A stretch of 46,082 nt of DNA from Candidatus Manganitrophaceae bacterium (GTDB taxonomy: Bacteria > Nitrospirota > Nitrospiria > SBBL01 > Manganitrophaceae). Positions 27,566-35,627 of the stretch are shown piece by piece. The notes below the pieces were generated by a model that worked only from the letters and a program-made list of their open reading frames with translations, made no database searches and was not told the origin of the DNA. Each line of letters begins with the position of its first letter. The first letter of the stretch is position 1. The stretch spans positions 1-46,082 of the forward strand of contig SCUR01000033.1 of NCBI GenBank assembly GCA_004297235.1, in the 5' to 3' direction. A program made the translations under genes and the position numbers.

Positions 27566-28393
27566 TTTTGGAAAAACTGGGCGCTCCGGAAGCTAGGCGA
27601 TTGTTCTACTTCTGACGGCAGGGCTCTCCGGGATATTCTTCTCTGCTCAAGGTCGGGCCGAAGTGTCTTTGGAAACCATTCCGCTTGTTTCCCCTTATGT
27701 GACCGACCGCTTTGGGACGATCGTCTTCTTTCTTGCCGAGGGGCGGGACGGAGCAAAAGTCATTACCCCCGGAAAGAAGCATCTGGAAATTGATAAGTCC
27801 AACCAGCGCCTCCAAGCCTTCGATGAGCGGGGCCGGCGGGTCTTCGAAGCGCCCGTCTCCACCGGGAAGCCGGGGATCGATGAAAAAGGGCGGGAGAGTG
27901 CGGAGACCCTCTCCGGTATTCATCGCATTATTGAAGTCAAATCCTCTAAACGTTGGTCGAAGGATCCCCGGGTCAAAATGCTGAATTGGATCGGCCTCAC
28001 ACCGGGCATCGAAAAAGGGATGCACAGTCTCAATCCAATCGGCGAATTTGCCGGTTATGAGAAACGGCTTGGACAAAAAGCGTCCCATGGATGTATCCGT
28101 TTAAGCCGCGAGCGCAGCCGCCGTTGGTGAAGTGGATCGGAGAAGAGTGGAAAACAGATCCGCTCATCGTCTATATCTATGATCCACCGCTCCGCATCGA
28201 GGCTCCGTCGGAAGAGAGTCATTACCTGCTCTTTCTCGTTCTTCAGGAAGGAATCTACTCCTATGATCCTCTCTCAGACGAGGCGATCCCCATCGTCCGT
28301 CGAGACGGAGCAGCTGTGGGGCGCCTGATGAAGCGGGGAAGCTTTCTTCTCTACAAAAGAGAGGTGGAAGCGTGGCATCTCATTCAACCGTGA
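27552..28393 (+). pseudogene. YkuD L,D-transpeptidase, disrupted
   Basis: ATG 27552, in-frame TAG 27594 before the signal peptide, PVSTG and H..SHGCIRL motifs, frameshift near 28120 with continuation to 28393. Confidence 0.7.
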
Positions 28394-28477
28394 TTGCCAC
28401 GGTGAATGAGAAGGGGTTGAACTGAGAGCCATCGAAAATGAAACCGGTTTGGGTCTAAATAAGGGGGGAGGAAGTCG

Positions 28478-28954
28478 ATGGACATTCCGCGTCGAGTTTT
28501 GATGGGGACCGATTTTTCGGACTATTCGAAAGAGGCGTTTGATGATGCGGTTCTCTTGGCAAAACAGTTCGGCGCCGAGCTCTATCTGCTTCATGTCTTC
28601 GATGTGCCGACCTACATTCCCGGTGTGGCGAGCGTCGCCGGGCCGGAGGTCTTCGAGTGGATCCGGACTTTTCGGGAAGAGGAGCAGAAGAGATTGGAGA
28701 CCCTTGCGGAGGAGGTTCGGAAAAAGGGGGTGACGGTTCATCCGATCTTAAAAGAGGGGGTTCCCTTTCGGGAGATCCCCAAGACGGCCAAGGAGGTTGC
28801 TGCCGATCTGATTGTGTTGGGGACCCATGGCCGGACCGGTTTGGATCGTCTCATGATGGGGAGTGTGGCCGAGCGGGTCGCTCGACGGGCTCCTTGTCGA
28901 ATTCTCCTGGTGAGGCCGAAGGCGTTGATCGACAAGGGTGGAGAGAATCTTTGA
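28478..28954 (+). CDS. universal stress protein
   Basis: VLMGTDFS, DLIVLGTHGRTG and GSVAERVAR motifs. Confidence 0.95.
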   Translation: MDIPRRVLMGTDFSDYSKEAFDDAVLLAKQFGAELYLLHVFDVPTYIPGVASVAGPEVFEWIRTFREEEQKRLETLAEEVRKKGVTVHPILKEGVPFREIPKTAKEVAADLIVLGTHGRTGLDRLMMGSVAERVARRAPCRILLVRPKALIDKGGENL

Positions 28955-28997
28955 AAGAAACTCGATTCCACCTTCATCGAATTTGCATTCTGGCGGC

Positions 28998-30347
28998 TTA
29001 ATGCGTTTCTGGCGCGATCGGGATGACTCCCGCCTTAATCAAGGCGTCGGTCGACGCGCGCGCCTCTTTAATTTTCCGAATCGCCCCTTCCAGCAACTGC
29101 TCCCTGGTTTTTATCAGCCTGGCAATTCCCTGTTTCTGCGCCTGCATCGCCGTCGCGGCGGCGATCCGCGGGACCACTCCCCACTGTTCCATTCTCGGCA
29201 AGATCGACTCCTCGTGAAGCCCCTGCTCCTCCGCGCATCTTGCCAGCTCGTGAGCCGCGGCGAGCGCCATCTCGTCGGTAATCGTTCGCGCACGCACATC
29301 CAAGGTGCCCCGGAAGATGCCGGGAAAGACAAGAGAGTTGTTCACCTGATTCGGAAAGTCGCCGCGACCGGTGGCAACAATTCTGGCTCCGGCTTCTTTG
29401 GCCTCCCACGGCCAGATCTCCGGGACAGGATTGGCGCAAGCAAAAAGAAGGGCGTCCGAAGCCATCGTCTTGACCCATTCCGGCGTGATGATGCCGGGGC
29501 CTGGCGTGGAGAAGGCGATGCAGACATCTGCGTCTTTTAAGGCTTCCGCGATGCCCCCCTTCACCCCTCTGGGATTGGTCTCCCGACAGACCCGCCATTT
29601 CTCGGCGAATTTTTCCTGTTCATACTCAATGTCGAGACGCTCTTTGTGGAGCGTTCCTTTACTGTCGCAGGCCACAATTCCTTGCAGGTCAACGCCGCTG
29701 CTCCTCAGCAGACGGTAGACCGAGACATTGGCGGCCCCCATCCCGATCATCGCGATACGAATCTTCCCGATCTCCTTCCCGACCATCTTGAGCGCATTGA
29801 TCAACCCGGCCAAAAGGGCCGTCCCCGAACCTTGCTGGTCGTCGTGCCAGACGGGAATGCTCATCTCTTTTCTGAGCGCGTCCAAGATCCGAAAGCACTT
29901 CGGCTGGGAAATATCTTCCAGATTGATCCCGCCGAAAGAGGGTTCCAGAACCTTCACCGTCCGGACGATCTCATCCGGATCTTTGGTCCCCAGACAGATC
30001 GGGACCGCATCGATCCCTCCCAAATACTTGAACAGAAGCGCCTTCCCTTCCATCACCGGTAGACCGGCTTCCGGACCGATATCGCCGAGCCCCAGCACCC
30101 GTGTTCCGTCGGAGACGATCGCGATGCTATTGGCGCGATTGGTCAACTCATAAACCTTCTCAGGATCTGCTTGTATCGCCTTGCAGGGGGCCGCCACACC
30201 GGGCGTATACCAGATCGTGAAATCACGCGGATCGCGGATGGGACACTTCGGGAGCGTTTGCACTTTTCCGTGATACAGGGCATGAAGTCGCATGGCCAGC
30301 TGAGCCGGCTTCTGCGCCTTAGCAAACAACTCTTCTCTCGTTGGCAC
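28998..30347 (-). CDS. NAD(P)-dependent malic enzyme
   Basis: YTPGVA, VLGLGDIG, PVMEGK, NLEDI, HDDQQG, GMGAA, ANPVPEI and NQVNN motifs. Confidence 0.95.
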   Translation of the reverse strand: MPTREELFAKAQKPAQLAMRLHALYHGKVQTLPKCPIRDPRDFTIWYTPGVAAPCKAIQADPEKVYELTNRANSIAIVSDGTRVLGLGDIGPEAGLPVMEGKALLFKYLGGIDAVPICLGTKDPDEIVRTVKVLEPSFGGINLEDISQPKCFRILDALRKEMSIPVWHDDQQGSGTALLAGLINALKMVGKEIGKIRIAMIGMGAANVSVYRLLRSSGVDLQGIVACDSKGTLHKERLDIEYEQEKFAEKWRVCRETNPRGVKGGIAEALKDADVCIAFSTPGPGIITPEWVKTMASDALLFACANPVPEIWPWEAKEAGARIVATGRGDFPNQVNNSLVFPGIFRGTLDVRARTITDEMALAAAHELARCAEEQGLHEESILPRMEQWGVVPRIAAATAMQAQKQGIARLIKTREQLLEGAIRKIKEARASTDALIKAGVIPIAPETH

Positions 30348-30358
30348 GGTCGGCCTCC

Positions 30359-30622
30359 TTATGCGAGCAGGACAGCGATAATCCCCGTGAGGAAGACGCC
30401 ATCGAATGTCCCCGCCCCTCCGATCGAAACAATCGGAGCGCCGAGGCTTTGAAGGTTTTTAAGGTTCATTAAGTCGCCGCCGATCAGCGTTCCCAGGCTG
30501 CCTGCGATATAGGCGAGCGCGGGGTTCGGCGCTCGGGTGAGAAGCAGCGCGCGATCCCCGCGATTAAAGGAGGAACAAAGGTCGGAATCACAATACCGAT
30601 CCCCCGCACCTGCTTGGCAATC
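30359..30622 (-). pseudogene. DUF1614 membrane protein, 3-prime remnant with frameshift
   Basis: IAKQVRGIGIVIPTFVPPLIAG (shift) ALLL..LAYIAGSLGTLIGGDL..SIGGAGTFDGVFL. Confidence 0.75.
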
Positions 30623-30624
30623 CA

Positions 30625-30867
30625 TTATGCGGCACGGCGGCGCGCTGATACTTCTTGGCGCACCGGGGTCCCGCTTTCCTGGAGCTTCTCTTCCTGAGCT
30701 TCTCTCTCCAGCATCAAGGCGAGGGAAGCTTGGGAGCGGGCTCGATTGGCCATCACCAGAGGATCGACCAGATTTCCGCAGGAGGAGCAGCGCGCCATGA
30801 CGACCTTCCCCTGTTGGGTCCATACACCTTCCGTCACCATCATCCCATGACATCGCTGACATTGCAT
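30625..30867 (-). CDS. small CxxC..CxxC zinc-ribbon protein
   Basis: MQCQRCHGMM..RCSSCGNLVDPLVMANR; GGGAGG RBS; box promoter upstream. Confidence 0.8.
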   Translation of the reverse strand: MQCQRCHGMMVTEGVWTQQGKVVMARCSSCGNLVDPLVMANRARSQASLALMLEREAQEEKLQESGTPVRQEVSARRRAA

Positions 30868-30949
30868 CGCTTCCTCCCTGATCATGCGGTTTGGAGTCTC
30901 TGTTTCCTCTTCGTCCTTATCGTGCGACCTATCGATAAGAGATGATGCC

Positions 30950-30994
30950 ATTCTGACCGAGTGCATCAGAGCAGACAACCCCACGAAAGGGGCG
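30950..30994 (-). promoter_or_regulatory. box-dependent promoter of the Zn-ribbon/malic enzyme unit
   Basis: minus strand CGCCCCT-TT-CGTGGGG, TTGTCT, 17 bp, CAGAAT. Confidence 0.68.
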
Positions 30995-31127
30995 TTTTCT
31001 ATATCAGCGGAATTTTCTGGCTTCAACCGGCGCGAACGTGCTGCCGCGGAATATACTTAGGCAACACGGGCCGTTCCGGAACCTGATATTGTATCTCTCT
31101 CAAACAAAAAGTCTTGCCGGGCGATCG

Positions 31128-31610
31128 TTACTTCAAGCTCTCCTCCTTGCCGCCCCGCCTGCTCGTCCGGGCTTTCCGGCTCCCCAACCTCTCCCAGAAG
31201 CCCCTCCGCAATCGGAATGCGGAAAATCTCTTTAAACCCGCTGTTGACAAATTGACCGTGGAAAACCGATCCAGGGCCGGGTCGCTTTTGTTGTTGTGTC
31301 CCTGGATGACAAAGAAGTAACCGCTCAGATTATCCCGCTCCCCCTCGATTTTAAGGGTTGCATCCAGCGTGAAGTGCGGGGTGCAGAGATAAGTATCGGA
31401 GCATTGACCTGATCCGCCATCGGGGAGGGTCATCGTACTTTGGCCGGTCTTATGAAATCCATAACCGGGTTGCGAACGGTAAGAGAGTGCCGGAACCTGA
31501 TCGGTTCCATCATCCAGTTCCACGGCAGGCGCTTGCGCTTCACCCAGGGTAATAAGACATACAAACAAACCACCTATCAAGGCAAAATAGGAAATGGCTT
31601 GTTTCATCAC
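31128..31610 (-). CDS. hypothetical secreted protein, possibly truncated
   Basis: GGAGG RBS and signal peptide ending AQA; the C-terminal 30 aa look out of frame. Confidence 0.45.
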   Translation of the reverse strand: MMKQAISYFALIGGLFVCLITLGEAQAPAVELDDGTDQVPALSYRSQPGYGFHKTGQSTMTLPDGGSGQCSDTYLCTPHFTLDATLKIEGERDNLSGYFFVIQGHNNKSDPALDRFSTVNLSTAGLKRFSAFRLRRGFWERLGSRKARTSRRGGKEESLK

Positions 31611-31620
31611 GATCCTCCGT

Positions 31621-31795
31621 TCAATTCCTACTTAAAGTGATCGGAAACATGTTGCCGGTGAAGCTGGCCGTCGTGACGAAGTAGAAGCGATTCGGATTGA
31701 GGGTATCCCAGGCACCGTCTTCGGGACGGGCCGGCGGGGTACCGCCGGAGGTCACCAGCAGAAGGCGCCGCTCTTGAAGCCGGTGGCCGGATCGT
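31621..31795 (-). pseudogene. fragment of a PhoX/DUF839-like beta-propeller
   Basis: manual translation RPEDGAWDTLNPNRFYFVTTASFTGN. Confidence 0.5.
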
Positions 31796-32008
31796 CAACA
31801 GAAGTTACAGCGCGACTTCTCGACCCCCATACCTTCGATGGGATGGGTGCAGATCCTGTGATTCTCACCGCCGCCCCAGGCAGGAAGGGATAAACCTTCC
31901 TCTTGGGGCACAACGGACAGTCATCTCCGGCTTTCAATTCCGGATGGGCAACCGTGACTCTTTCGCTCCGGTGAAGGCCTCGATCTTGTTTCTTCCGTGC
32001 CCTCGGGA
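31795..32008 (-). mobile_element. IS66-like transposase remnant (zinc-finger region)
   Basis: across two frameshifts: RGHGRNKIEAFTGAK/VTVAHPELKAGDDCPLCPKRKVY..VRITGSAPI..VW/EKSRCNFC. Confidence 0.7.
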
Positions 32009-32087
32009 GAGAGGGAGCGCGTTTGCGTCCGGTATTGACTCATTAAGATGGGCTGTGAAATCATCAATGGGAGAAAGGAGACTGAGG

Positions 32088-32912
32088 ATGACGACACCCA
32101 AACAAAACGTGATCGCCTCGATTAATACGGCGAAGGCCAATCTGGAGCGGGCGCTGATCGAAGTGGAGCATCTGCCGTCGTTCGATCCGGGGGCGTTTCG
32201 CTTCGCGGCGCATGCCATGGGCAATTATCTTGCCGTGGTGCAAGGCTCTATTCAACTGCTCTCGCGCGAGCTGGAAGATCACCCGAGCGCCACGGTTCAC
32301 AGGTGGCTTGATGGGGTGCAACACGCCAGCAATTTAATGACGCAGATGATCGGCCAGCTGTTGCATTCCTCGTCGACGGCCGAGCTGAAACTGGTTTGCT
32401 CCAAATTCGATCTGGCGACGTTGGTGCTGAACGCGTGCCAGCTTTATCAACACCTTGCCGGCGAGAAGAATATCGGCGTGACCGTCGAATCGAGCCTGAG
32501 AGAGGCCGACGTCTGGGCCGACGGGGTGGCGCTCGCCGCCGTGCTCGACAACCTGCTGTCGAACGCCGTCAAGTTCTCCCCTCCCGGCAAGCGGATCGTC
32601 GTCCGGCTTTTCTCCGAGTCGGCTCATTTCGTTTGCAACGTCCAAGATGAGGGCCCCGGATTAAGTGAAGAAGATCAAAGGAAGTTATTTCAGAGAGGGG
32701 TCCGGCTCAGCGCCGTGCCGACGGGGGGCGAGCCGTCGACCGGGTATGGTTTGGCCGTCGCCAAGGAGTTGATCGATCAGCTCGGCGGAGAGCTTTGGTG
32801 TGTAAGCCAGCTCGGCGAGGGAGCCTGTTTTAGTTTCCGCTTGCCGCGTTATGTTGAAGATAAGCACGGCCCTTCTCAATCGAAGACCGACTCAAAACCT
32901 CCGGCATCGTAA
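32088..32912 (+). CDS. sensorless histidine kinase (HisKA-like plus HATPase_c)
   Basis: AHAMGNYL H-box, LDNLLSNAVKFS, QDEGPGL, GYGLAVAK and GEGACFSF motifs. Confidence 0.88.
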   Translation: MTTPKQNVIASINTAKANLERALIEVEHLPSFDPGAFRFAAHAMGNYLAVVQGSIQLLSRELEDHPSATVHRWLDGVQHASNLMTQMIGQLLHSSSTAELKLVCSKFDLATLVLNACQLYQHLAGEKNIGVTVESSLREADVWADGVALAAVLDNLLSNAVKFSPPGKRIVVRLFSESAHFVCNVQDEGPGLSEEDQRKLFQRGVRLSAVPTGGEPSTGYGLAVAKELIDQLGGELWCVSQLGEGACFSFRLPRYVEDKHGPSQSKTDSKPPAS

Positions 32913-32995
32913 TCCATTGTGATGTGTCCCGCCTTACCCCACATTCAAAATCCGTGCGTGAACTATTTTTTATCGCATTGTAAGGCCGCCCCCCC

Positions 32996-33025
32996 TTGTC
33001 ACCTACATCTTTTCCCAAATAGAAT
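32996..33025 (+). promoter_or_regulatory. sigma70-like promoter without a box
   Basis: TTGTCA, 18 bp, TAGAAT, about 300 bp upstream of the GH15 gene. Confidence 0.5.
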
Positions 33026-33326
33026 GAGCCATCGTTCCATCAATGCGGATGATCTCCAATCGTGAGCCAACCGACCATCCGCACGAATACCTGATTACCT
33101 TTTATACCAGAGTGACCACAACGGCCACCTTTCCTTAATGTTTATCTGTAACGTCCGAAGTATCCGCGAGTCGCGATCCGTTCATCGCGTTCATGCGCCG
33201 TCTTTCCACGGGGGGTTCTCGGACGAAGGAAGGTATCCGATTCCGAGGGTGAGCGCTCCACCCGATCAGGGGAAGGTTTTGGCTTAAAGACAACAGATCG
33301 CTATCTGCAGAGTAAGGAGAAAGAGT

Positions 33327-35099
33327 ATGCCGTCACAGATTGAAAACTATGGTTTCATCGGCGATATGTACGGCGCGGCGCTGGTGTCGCGCGACGGATC
33401 GATCGATTGGCTCTGCATGCCGCGCTTCGATTCGGATGCCTGCATGGCGGCGCTGCTCGGCCGCGACGAGCACGGCTGCTGGCTGATTCACCCGGGGGCG
33501 GAGGTCCGCCGCAACAGCCGTCGCTACCGGCCGGGGACGATGATCCTGGAAACCGACTTCGAATGCGACGGCGGGGCGGTTCGCATCACCGACTTCATGC
33601 CGATCGGGCTCTATGCCCAATCGGTGATTCGGATCGTCGAAGGGCTTGAGGGAGCCGTCCCGGTCTATGTTTGGCTGGCCGTCCGTTTCGGCTACGGCCG
33701 GAGCAAGCCTTGGATCGAAAAAACGGACGGCGGGATTCGGCTCACGGTCGCTCCCGAGTCGCTGATCCTCCGCACGCCGTCCGCCGTCGAATGCACCGAG
33801 CACAACGTGCGCGGCCAGTTCACGGTAAAAAAAGGAGAACGCGTGCCGTTCGTGCTGTCATGGCAGGCGGCGCATCTCCCTCCCGCCGATCCGCTCGACC
33901 CGATCTCGGCGCTCGCCGAGACCGAACGATGGTGGAAGGAGTGGTCGGGGCGATCCCGTTATCGCGGCGCGTACAAAGAGGTCGTCGACCGCTCGCTCAT
34001 CGTTCTCAAAGCGATGTCGTACGCCCCGACCGGCGGGATCATCGCCGCGCCGACCACCAGTCTTCCCGAGGAGGTCGGCGGGGTCCGAAACTGGGATTAT
34101 CGTTTCTGCTGGCTGCGCGACGCCACCCTCACCCTCCGGGCGCTCATGGCCGGCGGCTATATCGATGAAGCGATGGCCTGGCGCGCCTGGCTGCTGCGCG
34201 CGGTCGCCGGAGCGCCGGAGGAAACGCAGATCATGTACGGAGTCGCGGGGGAGCGCCGATTGACGGAGTTTGAGGCGGAGTGGCTTCCCGGCTACGAAGA
34301 GTCGCGTCCGGTCCGGATCGGCAACGCCGCCAGCGATCAGTTCCAGCTCGACGTCTACGGCGAGATTATTGAGGCGATGTACGAGGCGCGGCGCATGGGG
34401 ATGCCGGAGGGTTCGGGACGCGCCCAGCTGCGCCAATTGATGGAGTTTCTCTCCACCGCGTGGCAGCGGCCCGACGACGGCATCTGGGAGGTCCGCGGCG
34501 GCCGGCAACACTTTGTCTATTCCAAACTGATGGCGTGGGTGGCGGTCGATCGCTACGTCCGCTACATCGAAGAGTTCCTCAAACCGGAGGATGAGTTTCA
34601 CGCGATGCTCCCGACGATCCGCGCCCTCCGAGATCGAATTCGTCGGGATATTCTCGAGCATGGTTTCAATCCGAAGCTCAATGCCTTTACGCAGGCATAC
34701 AACAGCGACGCGCTCGATGCGACCGCGCTGCTGATTCCGGAGATCGGATTTTTGCCGGCGAGCGATCCGCGCGTCCAGGGGACGATTCGGGCCGTGGAAA
34801 GGGAGCTGTTGCGCGACGGCTTCGTCCTCCGGTACCGGACCGACAATACAAAAGACGGTCTCCCCGGCAGCGAAGGGGCGTTTCTTGCGTGCAGCTTTTG
34901 GTTGGTCGATGCCTACGTCTACTCAAACCGGCGGAGCGAAGCCGAAGCGCTCTTCGAGCGGCTGCTGTCGCTGCGCAACGACCTCGGCCTCCTTTCCGAA
35001 GAGTTCGAGCCGAGGACGGGCCGGCTGATCGGAAACTTCCCGCAGGCCTTCTCACATCTGGCGCTCATCCAATCGGCGCGCGTTCTCGGTATGGAATAG
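33327..35099 (+). CDS. GH15 glucoamylase/trehalase
   Basis: IDWLCMPRFDS, APTTSLPE, RNWDYRFCWLRD, DDGIWEVR and GNFPQAFSH motifs. Confidence 0.95.
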   Translation: MPSQIENYGFIGDMYGAALVSRDGSIDWLCMPRFDSDACMAALLGRDEHGCWLIHPGAEVRRNSRRYRPGTMILETDFECDGGAVRITDFMPIGLYAQSVIRIVEGLEGAVPVYVWLAVRFGYGRSKPWIEKTDGGIRLTVAPESLILRTPSAVECTEHNVRGQFTVKKGERVPFVLSWQAAHLPPADPLDPISALAETERWWKEWSGRSRYRGAYKEVVDRSLIVLKAMSYAPTGGIIAAPTTSLPEEVGGVRNWDYRFCWLRDATLTLRALMAGGYIDEAMAWRAWLLRAVAGAPEETQIMYGVAGERRLTEFEAEWLPGYEESRPVRIGNAASDQFQLDVYGEIIEAMYEARRMGMPEGSGRAQLRQLMEFLSTAWQRPDDGIWEVRGGRQHFVYSKLMAWVAVDRYVRYIEEFLKPEDEFHAMLPTIRALRDRIRRDILEHGFNPKLNAFTQAYNSDALDATALLIPEIGFLPASDPRVQGTIRAVERELLRDGFVLRYRTDNTKDGLPGSEGAFLACSFWLVDAYVYSNRRSEAEALFERLLSLRNDLGLLSEEFEPRTGRLIGNFPQAFSHLALIQSARVLGME

Positions 35100-35228
35100 A
35101 TGTTGTAATGGAGAAGATCGTGAGAAAGCCAACGTGGGGAAAGCCACGGAAGGGACGGAGACAGACATGTTACAAGAATTGAATGAAGGCGGAGCTTCAC
35201 TAGATCGCTATTGAGACGAGGAGGATTT

Positions 35229-35627
35229 ATGAAGACGGAAGAGTTGGAGCGGTGGCTCGCCCGGGTGCCGAAAGGGAAAAAGAAGATGCCGGCGCTCAAG
35301 GGGGTTCGGGGAGAGATCAAATTCGAGGCGGAGGACGGGGCTGGCTCCGATTTCCAGCGGGTGGAAGAGGTCGCCTGTCTTCGAATCGAAGAGGGTGAAG
35401 TGGAGCTGACGAACCATTGCGATCAAGCGCAAGCCGTCTTGGTATGCGATTCCAAGGCCGAGGTCGCACGGTTGCTGCGCGGCGAGGCGCATCCGATGGT
35501 GGAGGTGCTGCAGGGACGGATCGCGGCGCAAGGCGATCTGGAGTTGGCGCTGAGGGTCATCCTCGATCTGCGGGGCGGCTCTCCTTTTGCCGAACAAAAA
35601 GGGGTGCGGAAGGAGAAAACAAAATGA
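35229..35627 (+). CDS. SCP2 sterol-carrier-like protein
   Basis: GEIKFE..LRIEEGEV..LLRGEAHPM..QGRIAAQGDLELA; GAGGA RBS. Confidence 0.7.
   Translation: MKTEELERWLARVPKGKKKMPALKGVRGEIKFEAEDGAGSDFQRVEEVACLRIEEGEVELTNHCDQAQAVLVCDSKAEVARLLRGEAHPMVEVLQGRIAAQGDLELALRVILDLRGGSPFAEQKGVRKEKTK

Noticed and set aside
22-30994. Boxes interpreted as CRISPR repeats or REP elements
   Set aside because: Dispersed, degenerate, no spacers, and a fixed position relative to promoter hexamers
31944-32087. N-terminal extension of the histidine kinase
   Set aside because: Runs through the antisense IS66 remnant; ATG 32088 is more plausible
33200-33221. Half box CGGGGGG-TT in the GH15 leader
   Set aside because: Left arm absent and no -10 at the expected spacing
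35100-35210. GAAAGCCA direct repeat and small hairpin after GH15 as a possible riboswitch
   Set aside because: Does not fit any riboswitch consensus I know; too short to support
35417-35623. N-terminal extension of GDE in the ORF track
   Set aside because: Overlaps the SCP2 gene; the AGGAG RBS supports ATG 35624
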